From the NCBI RefSeq assembly GCF_001194135.2, contig NC_068987.1, positions 74,132,246 through 74,196,245 of the forward strand: 64,000 nucleotides of DNA, read 5' to 3'. Positions within the stretch are counted from its first letter, which is position 1. Every line of letters begins with the position of its first letter. This DNA is from Octopus bimaculoides. Lineage: Eukaryota. A model generated the notes under the pieces. It worked only from the letters and a program-made list of their open reading frames with translations. It was not told the origin of the DNA and ran no database searches. Shown here piece after piece: positions 1 to 64,000 of this stretch. The position numbers were made by a program, and so were the translations under genes.

Positions 1-599
1 ATATATATATATATACACACACACATACACACACAACAGGCTTCTTTCAGTTTCCATCTACCAAATCCACTCATAATGCTTTGGTTGGCAGCCATGCCTG
101 TGCCTATCATGATACAATTTACAAACATCTAATGATTTGTAAACATTTAATCATTAAAGTGGAAAAAATTATCAGAAATATCATTATTATTCATTTTTTT
201 CATACACATATACATACACACATACACGTGTGTGTGGCAGGGTGTATGAGGGCACATGGCCTAGTTGTTAGTGTATTGCATTCACAAACATGAGATCATG
301 TGTTCAATTCCTGTACTGAGTAATGCTTTCTGTTCTGTTTTGTTCTGTTCTTCTTATGTTGCTCTATGATCATTTCAGCATCTACCTAGTGAGTAGCCTA
401 CCAAGCACTTGAACAGGCAATGTAGATTTGATGGTGAGTGTGAGCTCATGTGCAGCACAAGCATTTTATCACTATGAACAAATCATATATGCAGGTTGTT
501 CAGCAAGACATTGCAGAATCGTCTTTCTTGAGTTGAGAAACTACATGTATGTACATGTGTATAGATGTATGTATGTACATATGTATGTACTTATGTATG

Positions 600-633
<34 letters not shown>

Positions 634-914
634 TGTATGCCAGAAGGTCTGCAAATCTAACAGAGGCCTCAAAAGACATTTTAAGATCCACAAAGATCAG
701 AACTTAATTGCAGCTGTTGATGGTTCAAATTGAATGTGCAATCTATGTGTGTGTGTCTTTTCAAAACATTGTCTGGTTTAAAAAGCCACATCAGATGCCA
801 TGATGGTTCTAAGGTGTAGATACAGGAGGTGGTCAAACTCTGCATAAGGAGGAGACAACCACCACCAGTATGTATGTGTATATAAGTATATATATATATA
901 AGTAGCCGTACTCC

Positions 915-1160
915 CTAACTGGCTCTTGTGCCAGTGGCACATAAAAAGCACTATCTGAATGTGATCGATGCCAGGCCCACCTAACTAGCTCCCATGCCGG
1001 TGGCACATAAAAAGTACTACACTTTGAGTGGTTGGCGTTAGGAAGAGCATCCAGCTGTAGAAACATTGCCAGATCAGATTGGAGCCTGGTGCAGCCGCTG
1101 GCTCTCCAGACCTCAGTCAAACTGTCCAACCAATGCCAGCATGGAAAACGGACGTTAAAC

Positions 1161-1191
<31 letters not shown>

Positions 1192-1205
1192 ATGATGGTG
1201 ATGAT
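915..1205 (+). mobile_element. RTE 3'-end element, (GAT)n tail
   Basis: gtggttggcgttaggaagagcatccagctgtagaaac...catggaaaacggacgttaaac(gat)n. Related copies near 2880(-), 11023, 14143, 22575(-), 35990, 41113(-), 45100, 47210 and 63650. Confidence 0.8.
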
Positions 1206-1624
1206 GATATACATGTATGTCTTTGTGTTTGTCTTCCCACCACGTGACAACAAGTGGTGGTTTGTTTATGTCCCTGCAACTTAGTGATTCAGCAAAAAAG
1301 ATCAATAGAAGTACTAGACTTTAAAAAAAGAACAAGTACTAGGATCAATTTGTTTGAGTAAAGTCTTCAAGGCATTTTCCCAGCATGGTCGCAATCCAAT
1401 GACTGGAACAAGTAAAAGATAAAAGAAACCATCTTTAAAAAGTAAGGACTCATTAAATAATGTAATCCTAGAAATACTCTGCCTGAGAAAAAAAAAATAA
1501 AGAAGTAAAATGAGACTTGAGACTGGAATACATTTTACCATAGATCTACTCAATCAGGACTGACCAAGGGTTACACAAGAACAAAATAACAACGAAACAT
1601 AAAAGAAACAAAAACTGTACTGAC

Positions 1625-64000
<62,376 letters not shown>

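Overview
Eukaryotic, AT-rich, gap-containing genomic DNA. The tRNA-derived SINEs, RTE tails ending in (GAT)n and dense (TA)n/(CA)n microsatellites point to an Octopus-type coleoid cephalopod (inference). The whole window lies inside one minus-strand gene, an axonemal inner-arm dynein heavy chain most like DNAH3. I traced 26 coding exons by hand (4,599 nt, about 7% of the window), all with GT-AG splice sites. They cover the end of the tail, the linker, AAA1, AAA2, AAA3 and the AAA3 lid. Phases are continuous from 60877 down to 1625; one phase break, between 63931 and 60877, implies an exon hidden in an N gap. The gene runs off both ends of the window. The introns contain at least three SINE families, RTE LINE fragments, two mariner relics, a Tc1 relic, TTAA-flanked piggyBac-like MITEs, Helitron-like ends, Penelope-like remnants and several long foldbacks. 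Most interesting observations: (1) hammerhead-ribozyme motifs in the introns, one with an intact core on the pre-mRNA strand (42783-42873) and one inverted pair (9543-9895); (2) two AGT-Ser codons at normally Gly positions of AAA3 that single A-to-I edits would restore; (3) a candidate in-frame 30-nt microexon; (4) an RTE/Penelope chimeric junction. None of these has been tested computationally or experimentally.
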